A DNA stretch of 64,000 nt from an uncultured Clostridia bacterium (GTDB taxonomy: Bacteria > Bacillota > Clostridia > TANB77 > CAG-508): positions 1,938 through 65,937 of the forward strand of contig CALXFF010000004.1 of the NCBI GenBank assembly GCA_944387525.1. The letters run 5' to 3'. The position numbers and the translations under genes were made by a program. The notes beneath the pieces are model-generated. The model was not told where the DNA came from and searched no databases. It saw nothing but the letters and a program-made list of their open reading frames with translations. Positions 44,981 through 55,145 of the stretch are shown in pieces; the first letter of the stretch is position 1; each line of letters begins with the position of its first letter.

Positions 44981-46627
44981 ATGGATTATAAAGATTTAGC
45001 AAACTTGATATTTCCAAATGCAAAGGACATATCATATTATGAAGAAAAATATCCAGAAAGAAACTTAAAAGAAGGAGCAATTGTAACAAGATTTGCTCCA
45101 AGCCCAACAGGGTTTGTACATATAGGAGGCTTATACCAATCATTAATAGCTAAAAAATTAGCAAATCAAACAGAAGGAGTATTTTTCTTAAGAATTGAAG
45201 ATACAGACCAAAAAAGAGAAGTTGAAAATGGAATAAAAGATATAGTAACTTCATTAAAAGATTTTGGTTTAGAGCCAGATGAAGGAATGATTAGTGAAAC
45301 AGAAGGAAAAGGAAATTATGGTCCATATAAGCAAAGTGAAAGGAAAGAAATTTATCAAGCATATGCAAAATACTTAATAGAACAAGGAAAAGCATATCCA
45401 TGTTTTTGTACACCTGAAGAAGGAGAAGAAATAAGAGCAAAACAAGAAGCGGCAAAAATAAGACCAGGATATTATGGTGTATGGGCAAAATGTAGAAACG
45501 TAACAGTTGAAGAAGCAATTCAAAGAATAAAAAATGGAGAAAAATATATTGTTCGTTTTAAATCACCAGGACGTGAGGATAGAAAAATTAAGCACCATGA
45601 TGCAATAAAAGGTAATGTGGATTTCCCAGAAAATGACCAAGATATTGTTATCATAAAAGCAGATGGACTTCCAACATATCATTTTGCACACGCAGTAGAT
45701 GACCATCTAATGAGAACAACACTTGTAATAAGAGGAGATGAATGGTTATCATCAGTACCATTACATCTACAATTATTCCATGAATTAGGTTTTAAAGCAC
45801 CAAAATATGCACATATTGCACCAATTATGAAAAATGACAATGGAAATAAAAGAAAATTAAGTAAAAGAAAAGATGCAGAAGCAGCAGTAAGCTATTACGA
45901 AGAAGAAGGTATACCAGAAGAAGCTGTTAAAGAATACTTATTAAATATTGCAAACTCAAACTTTGAAAATTGGAGAAGAGCAAATAAAGATAAATCAATA
46001 GATGAATTTGAATTACAGTTAAACAAAATGAGCGTAAGTGGAGCTTTATTTGATATGGTAAAATTACTTGATATAGGAAAAACAGTTATATCAAGATATA
46101 CAGCAGAAAAAGTATATGATGAAGCAAAAAAATGGGCAGAAAGACATGATGAAGAACTAAACAAAATGTTAGAAGATAAAGATTATGCTTTAAAAGTTTT
46201 TGGAATAGAAAGAGGAAACAAAAAACCAAGGAAAGATATTGCTAAATGGTCAGACGTAAAAGAAAATATAGAATATATGTATGATGATGTGTTTTATAGC
46301 AAAAAAAGAGATTATCCTTATCAAGTAATTAATGATAAAGAAAAAATCAAAAAAATATTAGATTTATATATTGAAAAATATTATGATGATAATGATGATA
46401 AAGATACTTGGTTTGAAAAAATTAAAGAGCTTGCAGGTGAAATGGGGTATGCAAAAGAGGTTAAGGAATTTAAAGCAAACCCAGATAAATATGAGGCTCA
46501 TGTTGGTGATGTAAGTACAGTTTTAAGAGTTGCTTTGACATCTAGAACCAATACACCAGATATGTATGAAATAATGAAGATATTAGGAAAAGATAGAATT
46601 AAAGAAAGATTTGAAAAAGGGATTTAG
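44981..46627 (+). CDS. gltX: Glutamate--tRNA ligase
   Basis: RFAPSPTGFVHIGGL (HIGH motif), KLSKRK (KMSKS motif), RIEDTD. Confidence 0.9.
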   Translation: MDYKDLANLIFPNAKDISYYEEKYPERNLKEGAIVTRFAPSPTGFVHIGGLYQSLIAKKLANQTEGVFFLRIEDTDQKREVENGIKDIVTSLKDFGLEPDEGMISETEGKGNYGPYKQSERKEIYQAYAKYLIEQGKAYPCFCTPEEGEEIRAKQEAAKIRPGYYGVWAKCRNVTVEEAIQRIKNGEKYIVRFKSPGREDRKIKHHDAIKGNVDFPENDQDIVIIKADGLPTYHFAHAVDDHLMRTTLVIRGDEWLSSVPLHLQLFHELGFKAPKYAHIAPIMKNDNGNKRKLSKRKDAEAAVSYYEEEGIPEEAVKEYLLNIANSNFENWRRANKDKSIDEFELQLNKMSVSGALFDMVKLLDIGKTVISRYTAEKVYDEAKKWAERHDEELNKMLEDKDYALKVFGIERGNKKPRKDIAKWSDVKENIEYMYDDVFYSKKRDYPYQVINDKEKIKKILDLYIEKYYDDNDDKDTWFEKIKELAGEMGYAKEVKEFKANPDKYEAHVGDVSTVLRVALTSRTNTPDMYEIMKILGKDRIKERFEKGI

Positions 46628-46951
46628 GGGACGGTCCTCTAAATCCCTGAAAACAGGGAACAGGGGACGGACCTTTAAAATTATTAAAAAATAAATGATA
46701 ATATCTTAATAATTTATATCATTTCTCGGCTAACATTACATCTTGAATAAATTCTAAAATTATCAAGCAGGCACTCCTCAAAGCGAGTTTGAGATTCTCC
46801 TACTTGATAATTAAAGAATTTATAACAAGATTCCATTCGCATTCGAAATTTCATAAATTATTAAGATATTATCATTTATATAAACAAGAAGGAAAAGGTC
46901 CGTCCCAGAATCCCTAAAAACCGGGATTTAGAGGACCGTCCCCTAAATCCC
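46619..46951. repeat. ~333-bp nested imperfect palindrome bounded by perfect 29-bp inverted repeats (MITE/REP-like)
   Basis: GGGATTTAGGGGACGGTCCTCTAAATCCC at 46619-46647 is the exact reverse complement of 46923-46951. Inner tiers (46691-46717 with 46853-46879, and 46742-46771 with 46799-46829) also pair. Confidence 0.85.
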
Positions 46952-46967
46952 GGAAAAGGAGAAGAAG

Positions 46968-47174
46968 ATGGATTACAAAATAGGAGATATTGTTAGAACT
47001 AAAAAGAAGCATCCTTGTGGTAGTAAACTTTGGGAGATTACAAGGGTTGGCGTTGATTTTAAACTTAAATGCCAAGGATGTGGTCATGTTGTTGTTTTGG
47101 AAAGACCAAAGGCTTTAAAAGCAATTACTAAATTGGAAAAAAGAGCAGAGTCACAAGAAGAAAAAGAAAATTAA
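46968..47174 (+). CDS. DUF951-family protein
   Basis: GDIVRTKKKHPCGSKLWEITRVGVDFKLKCQGCGHVV matches the DUF951 pattern. Confidence 0.75.
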   Translation: MDYKIGDIVRTKKKHPCGSKLWEITRVGVDFKLKCQGCGHVVVLERPKALKAITKLEKRAESQEEKEN

Positions 47175-47215
47175 AAAATGCAAATGTAAATGTTGCTGTT
47201 AATATGAATAAAAAA

Positions 47216-47258
47216 AGGACCATATATTTAGTTTGAAACTAGATATTTGGTTCTTTTT
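47216..47258. terminator. Bidirectional terminator between convergent genes
   Basis: Imperfect 16-bp stem (GGACCATATATTTAGT with ACTAGATATTTGGTTC) flanked by A and T runs. Confidence 0.5.
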
Positions 47259-47262
47259 TATA

Positions 47263-48165
47263 TTAGACAATAGTTCCACCATTTACATGGATTATTTGAC
47301 CAGTAACATATCTTGAATCATCACTTGCAAGATATAAATAGGCAGGAGCGAGTTCAAAAGGTTGGCCAGCTCTTTTCAAAGGCGTTTCAGTTCCAAAGAT
47401 TTCTACTTCTTGTTCGTTAAAAGAAGAAGGTATAAGTGGAGTCCAAATAGGACCGGGAGCAACGGCATTGACACGTATTAATTGGTCGGCAAGAGATAAT
47501 GCAAGAGACTTAGTAAATACAGTAATTGCACCTTTTGTAGATGAATAATCAATTAGATTTTTCTTACCAGCAAAGGCTGTTATAGAAGTAGTATTGATAA
47601 TACTACTATTAGCTTGTAAATGTGGTAACACAGCTTTTGTTAAATAAAAGAATGTAAAAATATTTGTTTCAAAAGTATCTCTTAGTTGCTGGCTTGAAAT
47701 ATCTAAAATACTATTTTGTGGAAATTGAACACCACAATTATTAATTAAAACATCAATTTTTCCAAATTGGCTCATTGTTGTATCAACAATATATGTAGAA
47801 AGATTTTCATCACGTAAATCTCCAGGAATTAAAATACACCTGCTACCACAACTTTCAACAATTTGTTTTGTATAATTTGCATCTTCATGTTCATTTAGAT
47901 AGCTAATTACAATATCAGCACCTTCTTTTGCAAATAACACACTTATAGCCCTACCAATACCGCTATCACCACCAGATATAATTACAACTTTATCTTGTAA
48001 TTTTCCACTAGGTATGTAATTGGGATTTTCAAAAATAGGCAATGGGTTCATTTCATATTCCATTCCGGGTTGAACATCTTGATGTTGGGCAGTAAAAGTT
48101 ATTGGTATTTTTACATTTTCATCTTTAAATCCAACATATGGGATTGTAGGATAATTATCAAACAT
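47263..48165 (-). CDS. SDR-family oxidoreductase (YhxC/YghA-like)
   Basis: GGDSGIGRA cofactor motif, YSSTKGA catalytic YxxxK, NAVAPGPIWTP. Confidence 0.85.
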   Translation of the reverse strand: MFDNYPTIPYVGFKDENVKIPITFTAQHQDVQPGMEYEMNPLPIFENPNYIPSGKLQDKVVIISGGDSGIGRAISVLFAKEGADIVISYLNEHEDANYTKQIVESCGSRCILIPGDLRDENLSTYIVDTTMSQFGKIDVLINNCGVQFPQNSILDISSQQLRDTFETNIFTFFYLTKAVLPHLQANSSIINTTSITAFAGKKNLIDYSSTKGAITVFTKSLALSLADQLIRVNAVAPGPIWTPLIPSSFNEQEVEIFGTETPLKRAGQPFELAPAYLYLASDDSRYVTGQIIHVNGGTIV

Positions 48166-48316
48166 GACATCGTCTCCTTATAAAAATATCTATATATTAT
48201 ATGAGCAACAATAAAAGATTATGAATAAAAAAGATAGAAAATTTTACTTTTCTATCTTACAATTGTCTACATGACTTTTATATTAAATAAAAATACAATT
48301 AAATTTTGATATTATT

Positions 48317-48919
48317 CTAATTAAATAAATGCGAATCTATAAATTCCCAAACATCATCTTTATAAATTTTTCTTTCAGAAGAAAAAGGTAAAGTTGTAAT
48401 ATCTCCAATAGGGTTCAATTGCTTTTGAAGGTCTTTTACAACACCATCAACTTTAGTAACAGCGATTTTATCAGCTTTGTTAGCTAAAATTAAGCAAGGA
48501 AATCCAGATGAAATTATATATCTATACATTAATCTATCATTGTCAGTTGGGTTATGACGAATATCTATTAAAAATATAATTAAAGCAATTTCTTGCCTTT
48601 TTGCTAAGTATTCTTCAATAAAATGTCCAACTTGTTCTTGTTCTTTTTTAGACATTTTACTATATCCATAACCAGGTAAATCAACGAAATAGAAAGTATC
48701 ATCAATGTTATAAAAATTGATTTGACGTGTTTTTCCAGGTGCACTACTGGTTCTTGCTAATTTTTTTCTATTAATCATTGTATTTATAAAACTAGATTTT
48801 CCAACATTAGATTTTCCAACTAAAACAATTTCTGGTAATCCATTTTTTGGATATTGCTTTGGACCAACTGCTGATATTTCAAATTTTGGGTTTTTTACTA
48901 TCATAATAATTATATACAA
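48317..48919 (-). CDS. engB: Ribosome biogenesis GTPase YsxC/YihA (EngB)
   Basis: G1 GKSNVGKSS, G3 DLPGYGY, G4 NKADK. The start codon is uncertain. Confidence 0.85.
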   Translation of the reverse strand: MYIIIMIVKNPKFEISAVGPKQYPKNGLPEIVLVGKSNVGKSSFINTMINRKKLARTSSAPGKTRQINFYNIDDTFYFVDLPGYGYSKMSKKEQEQVGHFIEEYLAKRQEIALIIFLIDIRHNPTDNDRLMYRYIISSGFPCLILANKADKIAVTKVDGVVKDLQKQLNPIGDITTLPFSSERKIYKDDVWEFIDSHLFN

Positions 48920-49041
48920 GTGCTAGTGATATAATTGCACTTTCTCCTTTCTTTAAATTTAATTAATACTTATTATAACACATCTTAATATTAAATTACC
49001 ACATTAGATTAAAAAAACAATCTAATGTGGTAAAGGCATTA

Positions 49042-49446
49042 TCATTCATTTTTCTGAATTGTTGCTAAAAATATATAATCATCAACAGGATTTCCAAAAA
49101 TTTTAATTTCGTTTAGGATTATAAAGTTACCTTTAAGATATCGGTAAGTATATTGAGATTTGATATCTTTAAGTAAAGTTAAATACTCATCAAAATCATC
49201 TATAAGAAAAATTGATATATTATTAGCTTTCTTCGCAATTTTTCGAATTTCCCGAATTGCATGAGTTTCATTAGCATTGATTTTGGTTTCACAGAATATT
49301 GGTATATCTGATAGCTTACAATTTTCTGAAAGAAACAAAATTAAATTCTTTTCATCAATTCCATCTGCCCTAATAGTTACAGAGGAATTTAAAATCTCTC
49401 CCCGTAAATAAGGTAAAGTTGATGTGTACGAAAAATGATAATACAT
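49042..49446 (-). CDS. Hypothetical protein
   Basis: ATG (MYYHFSY) follows AGAGAGG. A possible D...E.K (SDIPIFCETK) nuclease-like motif is very tentative. Confidence 0.45.
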   Translation of the reverse strand: MYYHFSYTSTLPYLRGEILNSSVTIRADGIDEKNLILFLSENCKLSDIPIFCETKINANETHAIREIRKIAKKANNISIFLIDDFDEYLTLLKDIKSQYTYRYLKGNFIILNEIKIFGNPVDDYIFLATIQKNE

Positions 49447-49617
49447 AATAACCTCTCTTTCTTTTTGAATATGAATTTTCAGTATCATAAATATTATACA
49501 ACAAAAAGAAAATTATGTAAATTTTACAACAAAGAAGAGAGCTATTTCATACCGAAAAGCCCTCTTCTTTGTAACTCAATTTGTAAGTTTAATGGTAACA
49601 GTTAAAATATATAAGGA

Positions 49618-49649
49618 ATGTCGCATGAGAAACGTCCCTAATGAGACAT
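49618..49649. repeat. Solo copy of the ATGTCGCATGAGAAACGTCCC repeat unit, overlapping the serS stop
   Basis: Matches the arm of the 55146-55251 element; 49618-49640 is identical to 55219-55241 apart from one base. Confidence 0.7.
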
Positions 49650-50921
49650 TATTTTCTCAAGACCACCCATATAAGGTCTTAAAACCTCTGGAACAATAAC
49701 ACTACCATCAGGTTGATAATTATTCTCCACAATAGCAATAAGCATACGAGGTGGAGCAACAACAGTATTATTTAAAGTATGAGCAAAATAATTACCCTTT
49801 TCACCTTTAATTCTAATACCTAATCTACGAGCTTGAGCATCTGTTAGATTAGAACAACTACCAACTTCAAAATATTTCTTTTGTCTTGGAGACCATGCTT
49901 CAACATCACAAGATTTTGCTTTTAAATCAGCTAAATCTCCAGAACAACATTCCAAAGTTCTAACAGGAATATTCATACTTCTAAAGAATTCAACTGTATA
50001 AGACCACATCTTATCATACCAATTCCAGCTATCTTCTGGCTCACAAACAACAATCATTTCCTGTTTTTCAAATTGGTGAATTCTATAAACTCCACGTTCT
50101 TCTATACCATGAGCACCTTTTTCTTTTCTAAAGCAAGGAGAATATGAAGTCATCGTATAAGGCATATCTTCTTTTCTCAAAATTTGGTCTTTAAATTTTC
50201 CAATCATTGAATGTTCAGAAGTACCGATTAAATATAAATCTTCACCTTCAATTTTATACATCATTGCATCCATTTCTTCAAAACTCATAACACCTGTTAC
50301 AACATCTGATCTAATCATATATGGTGGAATACAATAAGTAAAACCTTTATTAATCATAAAATCTCTTGCATAAGTTAAAACAGCAGAATGAAGTCTTGCA
50401 ACATCACCTAACAAATAGTAAAAACCATTTCCAGAAACACGTCTTGCACTATCCAAATCTAATCCACCTAAATTTTCTAATATTTCGCCATGAAAAGGAA
50501 TTTCATAATCTGGAACAACTGGTTCACCAAATTTTTGAATTTCAACATTTTCGCTATCATCTTTACCAATAGGAACTGATTCATGCATAATATTTGGGAT
50601 TTTCATCATTCTAGTTTTGATTTCCTCTGAATATTGACTTTCTAACTTTTCATTTTCTTCTAATTTACTATTTATTTCTTGAACTTGTGCTTTTATTTTT
50701 TCAGCATCATCTTTATTTCCAGCTTTCATAAGTTCACCAATTTTTGAACTTAAACTTTTTCTTTCAGCTCTTAAATTATCACCATTTAATTGAGCCTCTC
50801 TATTTTTCTTATCTAATTCAATAACTTCATCAACCATAGGCAATTTCTGGTCTTGAAATTTTTTCTTTATATTTTCCTTTACAATATCAGGATTTTCTCT
50901 TAAAAATTTAATATCTATCAT
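49638..50921 (-). CDS. serS: Serine--tRNA ligase
   Basis: N-terminal coiled coil (MIDIKFLRENP...). Class II motifs: FRKEKGAHG, HQFEKQE, and the TLNNT tail. Confidence 0.95.
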   Translation of the reverse strand: MIDIKFLRENPDIVKENIKKKFQDQKLPMVDEVIELDKKNREAQLNGDNLRAERKSLSSKIGELMKAGNKDDAEKIKAQVQEINSKLEENEKLESQYSEEIKTRMMKIPNIMHESVPIGKDDSENVEIQKFGEPVVPDYEIPFHGEILENLGGLDLDSARRVSGNGFYYLLGDVARLHSAVLTYARDFMINKGFTYCIPPYMIRSDVVTGVMSFEEMDAMMYKIEGEDLYLIGTSEHSMIGKFKDQILRKEDMPYTMTSYSPCFRKEKGAHGIEERGVYRIHQFEKQEMIVVCEPEDSWNWYDKMWSYTVEFFRSMNIPVRTLECCSGDLADLKAKSCDVEAWSPRQKKYFEVGSCSNLTDAQARRLGIRIKGEKGNYFAHTLNNTVVAPPRMLIAIVENNYQPDGSVIVPEVLRPYMGGLEKIMSH

Positions 50922-50978
50922 AAATTATCCTCCTTTTGTCCATTTGGGGACACATCTTTAAAATTTTGCCCAAATCTA

Positions 50979-51272
50979 TTAATCTTTTAAATAGTTCTTT
51001 TCGATCTCATCTACTAATTCAAATCTTACCTTTTGACCAGTAATGTTATCAGGTCTTTCAGGTATTTCTTCTAAAAACATTTTCTCAGGTCTTACCCAAA
51101 TGAAGCGTCCATCATCTCTATTATATAAAGGTTTGTAAACTACCATTCTTTCTTTAGTTTCCGAGTCATAAGCCACATTTTCTACAAAATAATAATTACT
51201 TTTGAAATGACGGTAAACTCGTCCAATTTTTACTTCTTTCATTTTTCTCACAATCCTTTCTCGTGATAACAT
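50979..51272 (-). CDS. DUF1653-family protein
   Basis: GRVYRHFKSNYYFVENVAYDSETKERMVVYKPLY is the DUF1653 signature. Confidence 0.75.
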   Translation of the reverse strand: MLSRERIVRKMKEVKIGRVYRHFKSNYYFVENVAYDSETKERMVVYKPLYNRDDGRFIWVRPEKMFLEEIPERPDNITGQKVRFELVDEIEKNYLKD

Positions 51273-51492
51273 TATTCATAATTCATAACTATTTGATATT
51301 AGTAATTATCAGATTAGCTTTGAATTGTATTGACATTATATAATAAAAAGTGAAAAATAGCAATAAATTAGTAAAATTAAAAATAATTATTGAAATACCA
51401 TGGCTTTTATGATATATTTGAACAGAAGGACAATAAAAGTAACATACGGATAGAATAATGATAAAAATATGCAAAAGAAAGGAAGATGTAAA

Positions 51493-51939
51493 ATGATAGC
51501 AATCGGAAGTGACCATGGAGGATATAGATTAAAAGAAGAAATAAAAAAATATTTAGATGAAAAAGAAATAAAATATAAAGACTATGGATGCATGAATGAA
51601 GAAAGTGTAGATTATCCAAATATAGCAAAAGAAGTAGCAAAAGCTGTACAATCAAAAGAATGTGAAACAGGAATACTAATATGCCGTTCAGGATTAGGAA
51701 TGAGCATAGTAGCAAACAAATTCAAAGGAATACGTTGTACACCATGCCATAACGAATATACAGCAAAATACGCAAAATTACACAACAACAGTAACATATT
51801 AGCAATTGGAGCAGATGATGTTACAGTTAATGAAGCAATATGTATATTAAGAATGTGGCTTGCAACAGAATTTGAAGGTGGAAGACATCAAGAAAGATTA
51901 GATTTAATTACAGAAATAGAAAATGAGAATATGAAATAG
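51493..51939 (+). CDS. rpiB: Ribose-5-phosphate isomerase B
   Basis: IAIGSDHGGYRLKEEIKKYL...ILICRSGLGMSIVANK...RH..R. Confidence 0.9.
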   Translation: MIAIGSDHGGYRLKEEIKKYLDEKEIKYKDYGCMNEESVDYPNIAKEVAKAVQSKECETGILICRSGLGMSIVANKFKGIRCTPCHNEYTAKYAKLHNNSNILAIGADDVTVNEAICILRMWLATEFEGGRHQERLDLITEIENENMK

Positions 51940-51978
51940 AAATAGTTTTATTCATAGAAATAAGGGGGCATTCAATAT

Positions 51979-53214
51979 ATGTGGGGAGATATAGCAATTG
52001 CTTTCCTACTGGCATTTATTGTGGCATTTATGGCTACACCATATACAATGAAAATAGCCAAAAAAGTAGGAGCAGTAGATGTACCAAAAGACCAAAGAAG
52101 AATGCATAAAAGAGCAATACCAAAATTAGGTGGACCAGCAGTAATATTAGGATTTCTAGTATCTGTTATATATTTACTAATTGTAATGAGTATGGAACAT
52201 ACAATAAACCTATTTGATCAAGACGAATATGGAAAAAAACTATTGGGAATGTTACTGGGAATAATAATAATAGCAATAACATGTATAATAGATGATATAA
52301 AATCAATCAAACCATTAACAAAGTTAGCAGGACAAGTATTAGCAGCAATAGTCGCAGTATCATTTGGAATAAGAATTGATGAAATACAATTATCATTCTT
52401 AACACCAGAATGGCAAGAAGCATTTTCGATATTAGTTACAATATTGTGGATAGTAGGAGTAACAAATGCAATCAATTTGATTGATGGACTAGACGGATTA
52501 TCATCCGGAATATCAGTAATATCTGCAATATCTCTACTAATAATATTTGTATTAAATGGTTCGCCAATGATTGCAATAGTATTAATAACTGCATTATCAG
52601 GTGCATTAGTGGGATTCTTACCATTCAACTTTGCACCAGCAAGAACATTTATAGGAGACACAGGTTCAAACTTTTTAGGATTTTCATTATCAATAATATC
52701 AATATTAGGAGTTGCAAAAACATATACAGCAGCAGTAATAGTATTACCATTAATTGCATTAGGACTTCCAATATTTGATACTTTATGGGCAATAATCAGA
52801 AGATTAATAAAAGGAAAATCAATAAAAGCAATATTTAAAGCAGATAAAGGACATTTACACCATAGAATTGTTGCAAAGGGATTTAGCCAAAAACAGGCAG
52901 TATTGATACTATATGGGATTGGAGCAACATTTGGAATATTTGCAGTAATACTATTAGATAGCGGAATTTGGAAAGCATTATCATTCTTATTAATGGTAAT
53001 AGTAGCTTTAGGATTAGGATATAAAAACTTCCAAACAGAAAAAGGTGAAAAATATCAACAATATGAATGTTTGGAATGTAAATACATATATAACCCAAAA
53101 TTCGGAAATGAAAAAGCCGGAATAAAACCTGGAACAGAATTTGAAGATTTACCAGATGACTGGGTATGTCCGGTATGTGGAGAAGGAAAAGAAATGTTCC
53201 AGATTCACCAATAG
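51979..53214 (+). CDS. WecA/TagO/MraY-family (GT4) polyprenyl-phosphate sugar-1-phosphate transferase fused to a C-terminal rubredoxin
   Basis: [12 protein letters not shown] and GDTGSNFLG motifs. C-terminus [13 protein letters not shown]...[26 protein letters not shown] is a canonical rubredoxin. Confidence 0.85.
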   Translation: MWGDIAIAFLLAFIVAFMATPYTMKIAKKVGAVDVPKDQRRMHKRAIPKLGGPAVILGFLVSVIYLLIVMSMEHTINLFDQDEYGKKLLGMLLGIIIIAITCIIDDIKSIKPLTKLAGQVLAAIVAVSFGIRIDEIQLSFLTPEWQEAFSILVTILWIVGVTNAINLIDGLDGLSSGISVISAISLLIIFVLNGSPMIAIVLITALSGALVGFLPFNFAPARTFIGDTGSNFLGFSLSIISILGVAKTYTAAVIVLPLIALGLPIFDTLWAIIRRLIKGKSIKAIFKADKGHLHHRIVAKGFSQKQAVLILYGIGATFGIFAVILLDSGIWKALSFLLMVIVALGLGYKNFQTEKGEKYQQYECLECKYIYNPKFGNEKAGIKPGTEFEDLPDDWVCPVCGEGKEMFQIHQ

Positions 53215-53275
53215 GGATTAGGGGGACGGTCCTAAAAATCCCTAAAAGCAGGGATTTAGGGACGGACCTGTAAAA
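53213..53275. repeat. Copy of the GGGAT(T)TAGGGGACGGTCC...GGGACGGACCT palindromic unit
   Basis: Same two-part unit as 46619-46680. It begins at the stop codon of the preceding gene. Confidence 0.75.
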
Positions 53276-53309
53276 ATAGAAACTAAAAGAGAGGTGACAT
53301 ATAAACTTA

Positions 53310-54188
53310 ATGAAAGACAAAATAATAAAAGCACTAGCACACAATGGAAAAATATCAATTACATGTGCAAATACAACAAATCTAGTAGAAGAAGCAAGAA
53401 AAATACATGACTTAAGTCCTGTTGCAACAGCAGCATTTGGAAGGTTACTTACAATAGCTTCAATAATGGGAAATGAAATGAAAAATCAAAACGACAAGAT
53501 GACTATACAAATAAAAGGAAATGGACCAATTGGAACAATGTTAGTAACAGCAAATAATATTCCACAAGTCAAAGGATATGTAGGAGATGCGCATGTGGAT
53601 TTGCCATTAAATGAATTTGGAAAATTAGATGTCGGAGAAGCAGTAGGACATGAAGGATTTATAAATGTAATTAAAGATATAGGGCTTAAAGAACCATATA
53701 TAGGAGTTTCACCATTAGTATCTGGAGAAATTGCAGAAGATTTTGCAAATTATTTTGTAAATTCAGAACAAAGACAAGCAGCAGTAGCTTTGGGAGTTTT
53801 AGTAGATAGAAATGGTGTAAAATCAGCAGGTGGATATTTGATAACACCAATGCCAGATGCTACAGAAGAAGAAATCAGTAAAGTGGAACAAGCGATATTT
53901 AAAGCTGGAGCAATATCAAAAATGCTTGATGAAAATTTATCATTAGAAGATATTGCAAAAAAAGTAACTGGTGATGAAAATATAGAAATATTAGAAGATA
54001 ATATTACACCAGAATATAAATGTGATTGTTCAAAGGAACACATGAAAGATGCTTTGATTAGTATAGGAAAAAAAGATTTAGAAGAAATTTTAAAAGAAGA
54101 TGGAAAAGCGGAATTAATGTGCCACTTTTGCAATAAAAAATATACTTTTACAAAAGAAGAATTGGAAGAGATTATATTAGAAATTTAA
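53310..54188 (+). CDS. hslO: Redox-regulated chaperone Hsp33
   Basis: C-terminal CDCS...CHFC zinc centre and the typical N-terminus (D.I.KAL..NG.I). Confidence 0.9.
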   Translation: MKDKIIKALAHNGKISITCANTTNLVEEARKIHDLSPVATAAFGRLLTIASIMGNEMKNQNDKMTIQIKGNGPIGTMLVTANNIPQVKGYVGDAHVDLPLNEFGKLDVGEAVGHEGFINVIKDIGLKEPYIGVSPLVSGEIAEDFANYFVNSEQRQAAVALGVLVDRNGVKSAGGYLITPMPDATEEEISKVEQAIFKAGAISKMLDENLSLEDIAKKVTGDENIEILEDNITPEYKCDCSKEHMKDALISIGKKDLEEILKEDGKAELMCHFCNKKYTFTKEELEEIILEI

Positions 54189-54204
54189 AAAGGAGTAGAT
54201 GAAA

Positions 54205-55131
54205 ATGGAAGAAAAAATTTATATTTTTGGACATAAAAATCCAGATACAGATTCAATATGTTCAGCATTAGTAAAAGAAAGATTTAATAGAAAATTAGGA
54301 TATGAAAAATGTGTTGCAAGAAGATTAGGAAACCTAAACAAAGAAACACAATATGTTTTAAATTATTTAGGAATAGAAGCACCTGAACTATTAGAAAAAG
54401 TAGAAGAAGGACAAGAAGTAATATTGGTAGACCACAATGAATTCAATCAAAGTGTAGAAGGAATTGAAAAAGCAAAAGTGATTGGAGTTATAGACCACCA
54501 CAGAATAGCAAACTTTGAAACATCAGAACCTTTATATTATAATGCAAGACCATATGGATGTACTTGTACAATATTATATAAAGAATATAAACAAAGAGGA
54601 TTAGAAATCAGTAAAGAAGAAGCTATTCTAATGGCAAGCGCAATTATATCAGATACATTATTATTAAAATCACCAACAACAACTAATCATGATGTAAAAG
54701 CATTAGAAGAATTAGAAAAAATAGCAGGAATAGATATAAAAGAATATGGTCTAGAAATGCTAAAAGCAGGAACAGATTTAGATGACTTTACAGCAGAACA
54801 ATTAATTAATTTAGATGCAAAAAGTTTAGATAAAGAAGGAACTAAATTTGTAATAGCACAAGTTAATACTGTAAGTATAGATGATGTTTTAAAAAGACAA
54901 GAAGAAATTGAAAAAGAAATGAAAAAAGCAATTGAAGAAAAAGGGTTAAGTTTATTTGTATTTGCAATTACAGATATATTAAACAGCAATTCTGAAATAA
55001 TTGCATTAGGTGAAAAATCAAATGTAATTGAACCAGCTTTTGGAAAAACTTTAGAAAATAATAGAGCATTTTTAGAAGGTGTGGTTTCAAGAAAGAAACA
55101 ACTTTTACCTAATATAGATAAAAATATATAA
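54205..55131 (+). CDS. ppaC: Manganese-dependent inorganic pyrophosphatase (family II, DHH)
   Basis: IFGHKNPDTDSICSA, VDHNE, IDHHRI, DTLLLKSPTTT. Confidence 0.9.
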   Translation: MEEKIYIFGHKNPDTDSICSALVKERFNRKLGYEKCVARRLGNLNKETQYVLNYLGIEAPELLEKVEEGQEVILVDHNEFNQSVEGIEKAKVIGVIDHHRIANFETSEPLYYNARPYGCTCTILYKEYKQRGLEISKEEAILMASAIISDTLLLKSPTTTNHDVKALEELEKIAGIDIKEYGLEMLKAGTDLDDFTAEQLINLDAKSLDKEGTKFVIAQVNTVSIDDVLKRQEEIEKEMKKAIEEKGLSLFVFAITDILNSNSEIIALGEKSNVIEPAFGKTLENNRAFLEGVVSRKKQLLPNIDKNI

Positions 55132-55145
55132 GAGTATAAAAGGGA

